NCBI GenBank assembly: GCA_016934745.1
Contig: JAFGSF010000036.1
Location: forward strand, 31,722 to 95,721
Origin: Candidatus Aminicenantes bacterium
GTDB taxonomy: Bacteria; Acidobacteriota; Aminicenantia; UBA2199
Reading direction: 5' to 3'
Length of the DNA: 64,000 nucleotides
Position numbers and translations under genes: made by a program
Shown here: piece after piece, positions 1 through 8,722 of the stretch
Numbering within the stretch: position 1 is the stretch's first letter
How the letters are laid out: each line of letters begins with the position of its first letter
Notes under the pieces: generated by a model
Databases searched by the model: none
Told to the model about the DNA's origin: nothing
Seen by the model: the letters and a program-made list of their open reading frames with translations, nothing else

Positions 1-26
1 AAACCTGTTCGCCGTCAGCCGTTCTC

Positions 27-413
27 ATGAAAAAAAAAAGTAATGCCGATATCTTCGCCGCGGTTGTCGGGAAAGCGATTGCCACTGAAATCGTTTCCCT
101 GATCATTATTTTTATTTTTACAAAAAGCTTAATTTATTGTATAATTTCCATCACGGGTGCCAGCATCAGTATAATCGGTTTTGTATTGCTGATAAAATCG
201 ACCGATAGAATGTTGAAAAAAGGCAAAGGAAAAGTGATGTTTTTTTTATTGGCCCAAATGAAACTGTTGATCATAGCCGGAATTTTTTTTGTGTTCAGTC
301 GGCTGACAAAAACCGGGATCATTTTTTATATTCAGGGCATCGCCGTTGTTTATCTGGCCATCATGATTGAAGGATTATTATTTTTTGGCGGTAGGGTAAG
401 GAATGGAACATAA
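27..413 (+). CDS. small four-helix membrane protein, AtpI/AtpZ-like candidate
   Basis: 128-aa ORF with four hydrophobic segments. Its stop (TAA 411-413) overlaps the atpB ATG (403). Its position directly upstream of the F0 a and c subunits fits AtpI-type proteins. No diagnostic motif seen. Confidence 0.45.
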   Translation: MKKKSNADIFAAVVGKAIATEIVSLIIIFIFTKSLIYCIISITGASISIIGFVLLIKSTDRMLKKGKGKVMFFLLAQMKLLIIAGIFFVFSRLTKTGIIFYIQGIAVVYLAIMIEGLLFFGGRVRNGT

Positions 414-1116
414 TCCCCTGATTGCCGGTTTGATCAACGGCCTGATCCGTTTCATAGCCCGGGCGTTGGGTTTTCGCCTGCACGCCGACCCCGTTCCCGC
501 GCACCTGATCATGGCCATGATCGTCACGGTGACCCTGGTGATTTTTTTCAAGCTCACGGTCAGGAACCTGTCCCTTTTTCCAAAAAAAATGCAGACCCTG
601 CTGGAGACAATTTATCTGTTCTTCCGGGATCATGTTGATGACACCATCGGTCCTGAAGGACGCAAATTTATACCGGCTCTGGGCACACTGGGATTGTTCA
701 TCGCCCTGGCCAACCTGCTTGGCCTGCTTCCCGAGATGAGCTCACCCACGGCCAACATGAATGTTCCGGCCGGTTGCGCCATATTCATTTTTCTTTATTA
801 TCATGCCCAGGGAGTGAAAAAACATGGATTCTTTGGCTATCTGAAAACCTTTACCGGCCCTGCCTGGTGGATGTCCTGGATGTTTCTTCCCATTGAAGTC
901 ATTTCCCATTTTTCACGGCCGATGTCGCTGACCGTCAGGCTTTTCTGCAATATTTTCGGAGAGGATTTGGTCATCATTATCATCATCTCGCTGCTTCCTT
1001 TCATCGCACCACTGCCGATGATGGCCATGGCCATTTTCACGTCGCTGTTGCAAGCGTATATTTTTATCATGCTATCGTCGGTTTATCTTGCCGGGGCCGT
1101 GGCTTCGGAACATTAA
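403..1116 (+). CDS. atpB: F-type ATP synthase F0 subunit a
   Basis: 237-aa polytopic protein. Has the conserved arginine helix 'SLTVRLFCNIFGEDL' (cf. RLFGN) and the C-terminal 'LLQAYIFIMLSSVYL' (cf. LQAYVF) typical of subunit a. Confidence 0.9.
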   Translation: MEHNPLIAGLINGLIRFIARALGFRLHADPVPAHLIMAMIVTVTLVIFFKLTVRNLSLFPKKMQTLLETIYLFFRDHVDDTIGPEGRKFIPALGTLGLFIALANLLGLLPEMSSPTANMNVPAGCAIFIFLYYHAQGVKKHGFFGYLKTFTGPAWWMSWMFLPIEVISHFSRPMSLTVRLFCNIFGEDLVIIIIISLLPFIAPLPMMAMAIFTSLLQAYIFIMLSSVYLAGAVASEH

Positions 1117-1137
1117 AATATTTTGGAGGAAAAAAAT

Positions 1138-1479
1138 ATGAAAAAAAAATCGATTTGGGTCGTCTTCGGGTTGCTGGTCCTGGCCTCAGCGCTCCCGGCT
1201 CAGAGTATTGAAAAGCCCATGGTTACGTCATCGCTGTTTTTTTGGACCATTCTCATCGGCAGCCTTTGTTTAACGGTAGCGGCCATCGTGGGGATTTTGA
1301 GCCAATCCAAAGCTTTTCGCAATGCCGCAGACAATATCGCCCGCAACCCGGCCTCGGCCGATTCGATTAGAGGCTTGCTGATTATCGCCCTGGCCCTGAT
1401 GGAATCCCTGGTCATCTACGTGTTACTTATCGATCTGATCCTTTTCTTCGTTAAATGGGGTAATTACGCTGTTAAATAA
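1138..1479 (+). CDS. atpE: F-type ATP synthase F0 subunit c with N-terminal signal-peptide-like extension
   Basis: GGAGGA at 1125-1130 precedes ATG 1138; the ORF-track TTG at 1123 is less likely. Loop 'IARNPASADSIRG' and carboxylate helix 'ALALMESLVIYVLLI' are c-subunit hallmarks. The first ~22 aa 'MKKKSIWVVFGLLVLASALPAQS' look like a signal peptide. Confidence 0.85.
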   Translation: MKKKSIWVVFGLLVLASALPAQSIEKPMVTSSLFFWTILIGSLCLTVAAIVGILSQSKAFRNAADNIARNPASADSIRGLLIIALALMESLVIYVLLIDLILFFVKWGNYAVK

Positions 1480-1524
1480 GCATAATTAGGGGGAAAGACG
1501 AACCGCTTTTCTCCTTCACTTTTT

Positions 1525-2394
1525 ATGAAAAAACCCGATAATGCACTCGCGCCATCCCAGGTCTTGAAAAAGGCCTGGCTGGCAGTGAAATATTTTTTGA
1601 AGGAAAGCGGAATTGATAAATCATCAATCCTTGCTTACTATTCCATTTTTTCCTCGTTTTTCCTGTTGATTTTCTTTTCATTTCTTTTTTACAAATTCAG
1701 CGGTGATCCGGGAAATGCGGTAAAAAACATGTATCCTTTTTCTCCTGAGTTTTTTACAAAAATCGCCCCGCTTTTTTTTCAGAAGGCCGGCGAAATGACC
1801 ACCCAGGTTGAAGACTTGGGCCTGGTTGGTTTGGGAATATTCCTGTTCGTGGGCATTCTGGTTTTTAAAAAAATGATTCACTATATCAATGACATGTTTT
1901 TTATCAGGATCAAGTACGGAATTCTTTTCAGGAGGATCAAAGAATTCGGTTTACTGATCATCGTGGGCATCCTGATCGCTTTTTCATTTCTGGTCACCAG
2001 CCTGGTGGCGGCCGTCAACTCCATGGCGGCAGAGGGCGCGTTTTTCAATGACCTGATCGATCCGGCTTTCGTTCATTCCATCGACAACCTGCTCATCAAA
2101 TTTATCCTCCCGTTCCTGATCACTTTTTTATTTTTTTTCATTCTTTTCAAGTGGATTCCTGAAAAGAAAATAAAAACGGCTGCGGCTTTGATCGCCGCTC
2201 TTTTTTCAGCCTTACTCTGGGAATTACTCAAAAGGGCATACACGTATTACCTGATCCACGTGTCTGTATTGCGAAAAATTGAAAATCCCATCGTGGCCAT
2301 CATTCTTTTCGGATTCTGGATGGAATTAACCATGGGCATCATGCTCTATGGTGCCAAATTTACATTTTTACTGGACAAAGAGGAAAATGGCTAA
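1525..2394 (+). CDS. YihY/BrkB family inner-membrane protein
   Basis: 289-aa polytopic protein. N-terminal 'WLAVKYFLKESGIDKSSILAYYSIFSSFFLLIF' matches the YihY family signature (xxLAYYxxxSxFPLL). Its stop overlaps the lpxD ATG (ATGGCTAA). Confidence 0.7.
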   Translation: MKKPDNALAPSQVLKKAWLAVKYFLKESGIDKSSILAYYSIFSSFFLLIFFSFLFYKFSGDPGNAVKNMYPFSPEFFTKIAPLFFQKAGEMTTQVEDLGLVGLGIFLFVGILVFKKMIHYINDMFFIRIKYGILFRRIKEFGLLIIVGILIAFSFLVTSLVAAVNSMAAEGAFFNDLIDPAFVHSIDNLLIKFILPFLITFLFFFILFKWIPEKKIKTAAALIAALFSALLWELLKRAYTYYLIHVSVLRKIENPIVAIILFGFWMELTMGIMLYGAKFTFLLDKEENG

Positions 2395-3409
2395 CCTAAA
2401 AGAAATCGCTGAATTAATTGGCGGTCGTTTGCAGGGCAATCCCGCCTGCGAAATCATCGGCATTCAGGCGCTGAACAAAGCCAATTGCGATGAAATCGCT
2501 TTTGTGGCCAAAGAAAAAGAAAGCCTGGACCTTTCGCCAATCAAGGCTGGGGCCCTAATCGTGGCCGCTGACAGCCGTATGCACTATCCGAACCTGGTCT
2601 ATGTCGCGGACCCCCGGTTGGCGTTTGCCAAGCTGTTGGAATTTTTTCATCCGCAGCAGCCTTTCTGCACGGGGATTGACGCCAGTGCCAGCATTTCAGA
2701 GAAAGCCCGGATCGCCAACCATGTCCGTATCGGTCCATTTTCTTATGTCGGCCAAAACAGTCAAATCGGCGAAAACACTGAAATCCATGCCGGGGTGATC
2801 ATCTATCGCGACGTCAAGATCGGACGAGACTGCCTGATTTACTCACGGGTCGTCATTCGCGAAAACGTGGAAATCGGCGATCGGGTGATCATCCATCCCG
2901 GAGCGGTTATCGGTGCCGATGGTTTCGGCTTCGGCCGCACGTCCGAGGGCGCGGCCGTGAAAGTTCCCCAGGTCGGCAAGGTGATCATTGGCACTGGCTG
3001 CGAGATCGGCGCCAACACCTGCATTGACCGCTCGACGATTGAAGAAACAATTCTGGCTGAAAACGTGAAATTGGACAATCTGGTGCAGATCGGCCACAAT
3101 GTCCGCATCGGTAAAAACACCGCGATTTCAGCTCAAACCGGCATTTCGGGTTCAACTGAAATCGGGGCGCAGGTCGTCATGGGAGGTCAGGTGGGTGTCG
3201 CCGACCATATCCACATTGCCGACGGTGTCATGGTTGCCGCTAAAAGCGGCGTCAGCGGATCGATAAAAAAGAAAATGATCGTTGCCGGCATTCCGGACCA
3301 GGAGATCGGCGCCTGGAGGAAAAGCGTTGTGCTGCTCAGAAACCTCGGTGCCTGGAAAGAAAAATTGCGGCAATTGGAAATTAAAATCAAAAAAGCGGAG
3401 GAAAAATGA
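2387..3409 (+). CDS. lpxD: UDP-3-O-acylglucosamine N-acyltransferase
   Basis: N-terminus 'MANLKEIAELIGGRLQGN' followed by a long left-handed beta-helix of hexapeptide repeats (IGxxxxI). Start taken at ATG 2387, not the upstream ORF-track start at 2348. Confidence 0.9.
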   Translation: MANLKEIAELIGGRLQGNPACEIIGIQALNKANCDEIAFVAKEKESLDLSPIKAGALIVAADSRMHYPNLVYVADPRLAFAKLLEFFHPQQPFCTGIDASASISEKARIANHVRIGPFSYVGQNSQIGENTEIHAGVIIYRDVKIGRDCLIYSRVVIRENVEIGDRVIIHPGAVIGADGFGFGRTSEGAAVKVPQVGKVIIGTGCEIGANTCIDRSTIEETILAENVKLDNLVQIGHNVRIGKNTAISAQTGISGSTEIGAQVVMGGQVGVADHIHIADGVMVAAKSGVSGSIKKKMIVAGIPDQEIGAWRKSVVLLRNLGAWKEKLRQLEIKIKKAEEK

Positions 3410-4086
3410 AAAAAAGCGTTTTTGCATTGTTCATTCTGCTGACAACTTTGCAGATATTTGCCAAGCCTACCATCAAATTTAAAAACACGACCGTTGATTT
3501 TGGTGAAGTGGAAAGCGGTCAAATCACGGAAATCAATTTTGAATTTGAAAACACGGGTTCCGATCTCTTGATTATTAAAAAGATCATCTCGTCCTGCGGT
3601 TGCACCACCATTGACCTGGCTAAAAAGGAATACAAGGCAGGTGAAAAAGGGACGATTACCAGCAAGTTCAACAGCCGCGGTTACCAAGGCAAGGTTGTCA
3701 AAACCATCACCGTGCTCAGCAATGATCCCGATGCGGCGGAAATCCGCCTGATGCTCAGCGGTACGGTCACGATCAAGGATTTCGCCCAGGCTGACCTCAA
3801 GCCGGAGCGTATCAACTTTCAAATGGTCAAAGTCGGAAAAACATATGTACGCAAGCTGAACTTAAGCAATAGCGGGACCAATGATTTGCGCATCATTGAA
3901 GTCAGTTGTGCCCCGGAGGTCTCGCTGCAATTCAAGACCAATGCAGTCGGCGCCAGGAAAACCAGTGAGATCATTCTCAATTTTACTCCGTTTGCCAAGG
4001 GGAGTTTCAACGGCATGGTCAAGATCCGCACCAACGACTATCGCCATCCCTATGTTTTCATCCGCTTGGAAGCCCAAAGCGAATAA
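3406..4086 (+). CDS. secreted DUF1573 (ASH/Ig-like) repeat protein
   Basis: Signal peptide 'MKKSVFALFILLTTLQIFA'. First repeat has 'VDFGEVESGQITEINFEFENTGSDLLIIKKIISSCGCT', the DUF1573 signature; a second Ig-like repeat follows. ATGA overlap with the lpxD stop. Confidence 0.7.
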   Translation: MKKSVFALFILLTTLQIFAKPTIKFKNTTVDFGEVESGQITEINFEFENTGSDLLIIKKIISSCGCTTIDLAKKEYKAGEKGTITSKFNSRGYQGKVVKTITVLSNDPDAAEIRLMLSGTVTIKDFAQADLKPERINFQMVKVGKTYVRKLNLSNSGTNDLRIIEVSCAPEVSLQFKTNAVGARKTSEIILNFTPFAKGSFNGMVKIRTNDYRHPYVFIRLEAQSE

Positions 4087-4089
4087 CCG

Positions 4090-5916
4090 TCAGGGAACTT
4101 TATTTTTTAATGGCACGCGATAAAGATCGTAAAGATAGGTGCCGGGTTTGACATGCAAAGATTCCGCTTTGGTTTGAATCCGGGCAATTCGCTTCCGGAA
4201 AGCGTTTTCTGCGGTCGGAGATCCGGTCATGTGCTGCAGGAAAAAAAGGGCTTCCACGTATTCCGGCTCCAGCGCCAGGGCTTCCCGGGTCAGGCGCAGC
4301 GCTTCCTGACGGCGCTCAAACTCATCTAAAATCAGCGCCTGGCGCAGTTTTAAAAAAGGATTGAACGGCTCCAGTGCTTCGGCTCGGCGCAGGGGAGCCA
4401 GTATTTCCTCGGCCAGGGATGGATACATGATCTTTTTCCTTAAAATGTCCGTGAATAATTCCGATTCCAAAATAAACGCTTCGCTGCTGTTGCCATTAAG
4501 TTTCCGGGCCAGATGGAGATCGTTCCGAGCGGCTTCCCACGCCTCCAGGTTGGACGTGGCGTTGAAATACTCACGCAACAAGCGAGCTCGTGCCAGGGGC
4601 ACCTGTTCATTGAGCGGGTTGCAAATGGCGGCGCGGTTCAACAGGGCAAAGCGCCGGGGAATGTCTTTTTCCGCGGCCGCTGTACGCAGCCATTGGTCCG
4701 CGGCCAGGGGCAGCAGGTAAAAGATGATGAAAATTAAAGTCAATAATCCGGATATGAAAATTTTTAAAACAGCCGTAAGCGAAATAAAAAAAAGGCGTCG
4801 CCAAAATAAAGAGTAGAGCAGAAAAAGAAATATCAACAGGAAAAAACCATTGAAAATAAAATTAAAAAACAACATTTCTAGCAATAGAAAGGCCAACAGC
4901 ACGGCCGGCCCATCCGACCAAAACGGCGCGGGCAGGCGGCGGATGGTGAAAAACAAAAACGACAAAACAAAAATCAATCCGGCCAACCCGGTTTCGGTGA
5001 TGACCTTCCAGTAATCGCTGTGCGGAGATTCCGGCAGCTTGCCGTATCGGGAAGGTCCTTTCTCCTGGGGGAAATTGAAACGCCTGGCCGCCGCTGCGAA
5101 CAGGTCCGGTCCGACTCCGCTCCAAGGGTGAGCGCGAAACATGCGGGCCGACATGCTCCAGATATCCAGGCGATTGGTGACATAGAGATCCCGTTGCAGT
5201 GAACGGCCGACCATGTAGCGCAAAGGGTTCGGGAGCAAAACCAGCATGAGCATGAGTGTAAAAAAATAAATAAGCCACTTTCTTTTTCTGGCCAGGATCA
5301 TGGCGGCGGAAAACAGCGCCAGGCCCATGAAAGCCGCCTTCGATGCACTGACGATCACGGCACTGCTGTTGATGATCAGCAGCGCCAGGTCGGCGTAGCT
5401 GAACTTGTGCAAAAGTGCCTGGAGAAAAAACAGGGCGGCCAATGACGCGGCAATGCCTTGCAGAATGGGATTCTTGAAAATAGTTCCCTGCGGACTATGG
5501 CCGGTTTGAAGGGCGAAAAAAACAATAATCAGCAGAGAAGCTGCGGAGATCACGTGGGCCATCAGGCGCAAGTAACGGTTGACGTCAATTTTTTCGATGT
5601 CAAAAAGGATGAACCAGAACGACAACAGCAGGATGTCGCAGACAAACAAAATGGATTGTCCGGCATGCGGCGAAAAAAAAGCGCTGCCGATCATCAACAG
5701 GTTGAACAGCAGCAGGAACACGGAAAAGCGCATGAAGGAGACATTTTTCAGGGTGAAGATTTTTTTCAGAGAAAACAACAGCAGCAGCGCGGCAAAGCCG
5801 AAGAAATAGACATGGGACTGCTTGGCGGGGAAGAGCAGCGCCCAGGTCAAAAGAAGAAAAAATTCAATTTCCTGAAAGCGCGAGCCGATCCGCAAGACCG
5901 GTTTTAATAGATTCAT
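4090..5916 (-). CDS. O-antigen ligase-like (Wzy_C) polytopic membrane protein with C-terminal TPR region
   Basis: 608 aa with >10 hydrophobic helices. Wzy_C loop 'HPWSGVGPDLF...SPHSDYWKVITETGLAGLIF'. The C-terminal ~200 aa are soluble, helical-repeat and Ala/Leu/Glu-rich (TPR-like). Start overlaps the upstream gene by 53 nt and is uncertain. Confidence 0.7.
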   Translation of the reverse strand: MNLLKPVLRIGSRFQEIEFFLLLTWALLFPAKQSHVYFFGFAALLLLFSLKKIFTLKNVSFMRFSVFLLLFNLLMIGSAFFSPHAGQSILFVCDILLLSFWFILFDIEKIDVNRYLRLMAHVISAASLLIIVFFALQTGHSPQGTIFKNPILQGIAASLAALFFLQALLHKFSYADLALLIINSSAVIVSASKAAFMGLALFSAAMILARKRKWLIYFFTLMLMLVLLPNPLRYMVGRSLQRDLYVTNRLDIWSMSARMFRAHPWSGVGPDLFAAAARRFNFPQEKGPSRYGKLPESPHSDYWKVITETGLAGLIFVLSFLFFTIRRLPAPFWSDGPAVLLAFLLLEMLFFNFIFNGFFLLIFLFLLYSLFWRRLFFISLTAVLKIFISGLLTLIFIIFYLLPLAADQWLRTAAAEKDIPRRFALLNRAAICNPLNEQVPLARARLLREYFNATSNLEAWEAARNDLHLARKLNGNSSEAFILESELFTDILRKKIMYPSLAEEILAPLRRAEALEPFNPFLKLRQALILDEFERRQEALRLTREALALEPEYVEALFFLQHMTGSPTAENAFRKRIARIQTKAESLHVKPGTYLYDLYRVPLKNKVP

Positions 5917-7192
5917 GCCACCTCTGATATTGCTTGTTTTTTTTATTTGCCTGGGCGGCCTGGCGGGCGTAGGCCATGGCGGTCAAGTAAGCGCCTTCCC
6001 GATAAGCGGCCTGCGAAAGCATGTAATTGGCGTAAGCCTGCCCTGGATAAACTGACAAAACCCGGCCGTAGATTCGTTCCGCCGTGTCGGGATCATTTTT
6101 TATTTGGGCGATGGCCGCCCGGCCCAGCAGTGCCCGGTATGACCAGGGATTGATGCGCAGGGCTTGCAGGTAATATTGTTCGGCCCGGGCATAGTCGCGG
6201 CGGACAAAATTCAAATCAGCCGTTTTTTGCCTGTCCACACCGATTTCAGTAACCAGCAATATCACGGCAAAAATCAACGTCGGGCCAAGATAACCCCGGC
6301 GCGCTGGGCTGCCAATGGAAAAAACCTGGGAAAACGCGACGGCGAATCCTATCCCGGCCGCAAAAAAATAATTGCCTACATCAAAAAGGTTGAAAAACAG
6401 GATCAGCATGCAAATGGACGTAAACAGGGCCTTATCGCGCTGCAAAATTATTCGGAAATTTGTTTTGATCCAGTGCGTGGCAAGCAAAAAGATGAAAAAC
6501 AACCAGGGAAGACCGATTTCAGCCGCCAGCTGCAGAATGAAGTTATGGGCATAGATGGACGGCGGTTCACCCGGATAGACTTCGGCCGCCACGGCCGTTT
6601 CATAATTGCCCAAACCCACGCCCAACAATGGCGCCGAGGCAATGACCCGCCCGGCCTGAAGCCAGTTGGCAAAGCGCAATTTAACCGGCTTCAATCCCCG
6701 GGCTTCGGAAAAACGCAGGGTTACGACCAGAAAAAACATCAGGGCTGCGATCATGAGCAGGGGCGCCAGATACTTGATTTTAAAAATTCCGGAAACAAAA
6801 AGATAAAACAAGGCGCCCAGCGTGAAAAAAATAATGCCGCCGAAAGACTGGGTCAGGAAAAGGTTGAACCCGCCCAGTAAAAATAAAAGGACCCAGAAAA
6901 CCTTCTTCCAGCCTGTGCTCTGGAAAAAGTAATGTAGGATGCAAAGCAGCAGCAAGCCGCAGATCGTGGCATACAGGGTGGGCAGCGGAAAAATGGCGAA
7001 AATGCGCCCCGAGGCGACCTTGTTCCGAAACGCCTGCGCGTAAACCGATTGATCCCAGTCCATGTGTCCCAGGATCCAGGGGAAAATGTAGAATTTCTGG
7101 AGAATGCCGTAAATAAAAACGATCGAAGCGATGCCGCCGCTGAGCGGCGCCAGGATATCATGCAGCCGGAAACGGCTGAGAAACAAAATCAC
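5864..7192 (-). CDS. O-antigen ligase-like (Wzy_C) polytopic membrane protein with C-terminal TPR region
   Basis: 442 aa. Wzy_C signature 'APLLGVGLGNYE...SIYAHNFILQLAAEIGLPW'. C-terminal TPR-like 'YARAEQYYLQALRINPWSYRALLGRA...AERIYGRVLSVYPGQAYANYMLS'. Confidence 0.7.
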   Translation of the reverse strand: MILFLSRFRLHDILAPLSGGIASIVFIYGILQKFYIFPWILGHMDWDQSVYAQAFRNKVASGRIFAIFPLPTLYATICGLLLLCILHYFFQSTGWKKVFWVLLFLLGGFNLFLTQSFGGIIFFTLGALFYLFVSGIFKIKYLAPLLMIAALMFFLVVTLRFSEARGLKPVKLRFANWLQAGRVIASAPLLGVGLGNYETAVAAEVYPGEPPSIYAHNFILQLAAEIGLPWLFFIFLLATHWIKTNFRIILQRDKALFTSICMLILFFNLFDVGNYFFAAGIGFAVAFSQVFSIGSPARRGYLGPTLIFAVILLVTEIGVDRQKTADLNFVRRDYARAEQYYLQALRINPWSYRALLGRAAIAQIKNDPDTAERIYGRVLSVYPGQAYANYMLSQAAYREGAYLTAMAYARQAAQANKKNKQYQRWHESIKTGLADRLALSGN

Positions 7193-7268
7193 AAATAGGA
7201 TGAATAAAAAATAGACCAGACGCAGAAAAAATAAATGTTTGACTTCACTGGCCGAAAAATTAAGCAGT

Positions 7269-7306
7269 AAAAAAAAAGCGGCTGGAATAAACTTCCAGCC
7301 GCTTTT
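7269..7306 (-). terminator. rho-independent terminator after pseudopilin P1
   Basis: Perfect 10-bp stem gcggctggaa(7278-7287)/ttccagccgc(7293-7302) with loop taaac. Nine A on the plus strand (7269-7277) give a U9 tail on the minus-strand RNA. A T4 also lies on the plus side. Confidence 0.7.
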
Positions 7307-7326
7307 GAAAATAGAACTCTCGCTGA

Positions 7327-7785
7327 CTATTTTTTAACTACGGGCCCGAGGGTGAACTGGCCGTTGGAGAAAGTGATGTCGTAATTGAAATCAGCCAGCC
7401 GGGTCACCTGGTACATAACGGTCATACCGCCATCCACCGCCTTGTTCCGGCCATAAGAGGTGACTGAATACTGGTCGCTGGGACTGGCTCCGCTGGCATA
7501 ATCCCAAGCCGTCCCCCAGGAATCCACCAGGGGCAGAACCTTGATGTAGAAGGGGATAAAATAAGTCGCCGTGTTCAACGTGACCAGGGTGGCATTGGGA
7601 ACCATGGAGTTATCGGTGGTGTACACTTCCAGGGCGGTGCCGACCGATTTCATGTCGCCCATGGTCGCTTTCTGTTTGCCCTTCTGCAGGGCCACCAGCA
7701 GGTTGGGGATGGCGATGGCAGCCACGATACCGATTATGGCCACGACGATCAACAGTTCAATCAACGTAAAACCTTTTTTGTTCAT
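7327..7785 (-). CDS. GspG-type pseudopilin / type IV pilin-like protein (paralog P1)
   Basis: Prepilin leader and methylation motif 'MNKKG|FTLIELLIVVAIIGIVAAIAIPNL' with Glu+5. GspG-like core 'DSWGTAWDY...SPSDQYSVTSYGRN'. Confidence 0.85.
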   Translation of the reverse strand: MNKKGFTLIELLIVVAIIGIVAAIAIPNLLVALQKGKQKATMGDMKSVGTALEVYTTDNSMVPNATLVTLNTATYFIPFYIKVLPLVDSWGTAWDYASGASPSDQYSVTSYGRNKAVDGGMTVMYQVTRLADFNYDITFSNGQFTLGPVVKK

Positions 7786-7819
7786 ACTTAGAACCTCCTT
7801 AAGGATCTATCTTATACCA

Positions 7820-7835
7820 AGCATATTTGTTGCCA
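7820..7835 (-). promoter_or_regulatory. candidate sigma54 (RpoN) -24/-12 promoter of P1
   Basis: The minus strand reads tTGGCAA-caaat-ATGCT. GG-N10-GC spacing is exact versus the consensus TGGCAC-N5-TTGCW. GC lies 36 nt upstream of ATG 7785, and SD aaggaggt lies between. Confidence 0.55.
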
Positions 7836-8026
7836 AACCAAGGATGCCGGTTGCAAAGCATTCTTGATTTTCATCTGCCTGGTGTTTGCCAAAAAAAGTC
7901 ACCAAAAGCAACAATTTTTGTCAAATCGGGATAGCAAACATTTTTACGCCAAGTTTTGTTGATTTTATGAAAGTTCATGAGCATGATCATGGCTGAACAG
8001 GCAGTTTAATGAAGAATCCGGCCCAA

Positions 8027-8482
8027 CTATTTTTTGATGACCGGACCGATAGTGAACTGGCCGTTGGAAAAAGTGATGTTGTTGTTGAAATCGGCCAGCT
8101 TGGTTACCAGGTACAACTCATTCACCGAAATGGGCGATCTGTCCCGGCCATAAGAGGTGACCGAATATTGGTCACTCGGGCTGGCACCATGCTCATAATC
8201 CCAGGGGGTTCCCCATCCATCCCGTTGCGGCAGAACCTTGATGTAGAAAGGGATAAAAAAGGATGCCGTGCCCAGTGTGACCAAGTCTGCATTGGGAACC
8301 ATGGAGTTGTCGGTGCTGTACACTTCCAAGGCGGTGCCGACCGATTTCAAGTCGCCCATGGTTGCCTTCTGCTTGCCCTTTTGCAGGGCTACCAGCAGAT
8401 TGGGGATAGCAATGGCAGCCACGATCCCTATGATGGCCACGACAATCAGCAATTCAATCAACGTGAAACCCCGATTGTTCAT
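8027..8482 (-). CDS. GspG-type pseudopilin / type IV pilin-like protein (paralog P2)
   Basis: 'MNNRG|FTLIELLIVVAIIGIVAAIAIPNL' and 'DGWGTPWDY...SPSDQYSVTSYGRD'. Roughly 80% identical to P1 by hand alignment. Start taken at ATG 8482 (SD ggaggttg), not the ORF-track 8515. Confidence 0.85.
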   Translation of the reverse strand: MNNRGFTLIELLIVVAIIGIVAAIAIPNLLVALQKGKQKATMGDLKSVGTALEVYSTDNSMVPNADLVTLGTASFFIPFYIKVLPQRDGWGTPWDYEHGASPSDQYSVTSYGRDRSPISVNELYLVTKLADFNNNITFSNGQFTIGPVIKK

Positions 8483-8514
8483 GAACAACCTCCATGAATG
8501 GCTGCGAATTGGCA

Positions 8515-8530
8515 AGCAAGTTGACTGCCA
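8515..8530 (-). promoter_or_regulatory. candidate sigma54 (RpoN) -24/-12 promoter of P2
   Basis: The minus strand reads tTGGCAG-tcaac-TTGCT, a near-perfect match to TGGCAC-N5-TTGCW with exact spacing. GC lies 34 nt upstream of ATG 8482. Confidence 0.65.
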
Positions 8531-8568
8531 AATAGCTTGAGCGCAGTCCGGTCAATTCGTTTGCGATG

Positions 8569-8596
8569 TTGCAAAATGGTGACAAAATGATATATC
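8569..8596 (+). promoter_or_regulatory. possible sigma70-type promoter of the glycan block
   Basis: TTGCAA (8569-8574), 16-nt spacer, TATATC (8591-8596). It would leave a ~120-nt leader before ATG 8723. Weak call. Confidence 0.3.
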
Positions 8597-8722
8597 ATAG
8601 CCATCTACAAAATCGGCGCACCGTGGCAAGAAAACTTAATTGTCTGATCGGCCCATCTGCAACGGCGGCAGCTTACCTGCATCGGGTTCTGTAAACAAAA
8701 AAATCCAATTAGGAGATTGATT

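Noticed and set aside
27-1479. Possibility that the atpI-like/atpB/atpE genes belong to an N-type (Na+) ATPase operon.
   Set aside because: N-ATPase operons continue with atpF, atpA and atpG after the c subunit. Here the next genes are yihY and lpxD, so the context does not fit. The upstream genes are outside the window.
7420-7470. The block 'GASPSDQYS' is conserved in both pilins and resembles the Neisseria PilE glycosylation/phosphoform region ('GVASPPSDIK'). I considered it as an O-glycosylation sequon.
   Set aside because: The same block aligns with the generally conserved GspG core ('SPG...D..S.G.DG'). Its conservation is therefore explained by fold and calcium-site constraints and is not evidence for a sequon. 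I kept the glycosylation idea only on synteny grounds.
7842-7855. A sigma54-like 'GGATGCCGGTTGCA' on the plus strand between the pilin genes.
   Set aside because: The GG-to-GC spacing is 9 nt, not 10. It also points away from any plus-strand gene.
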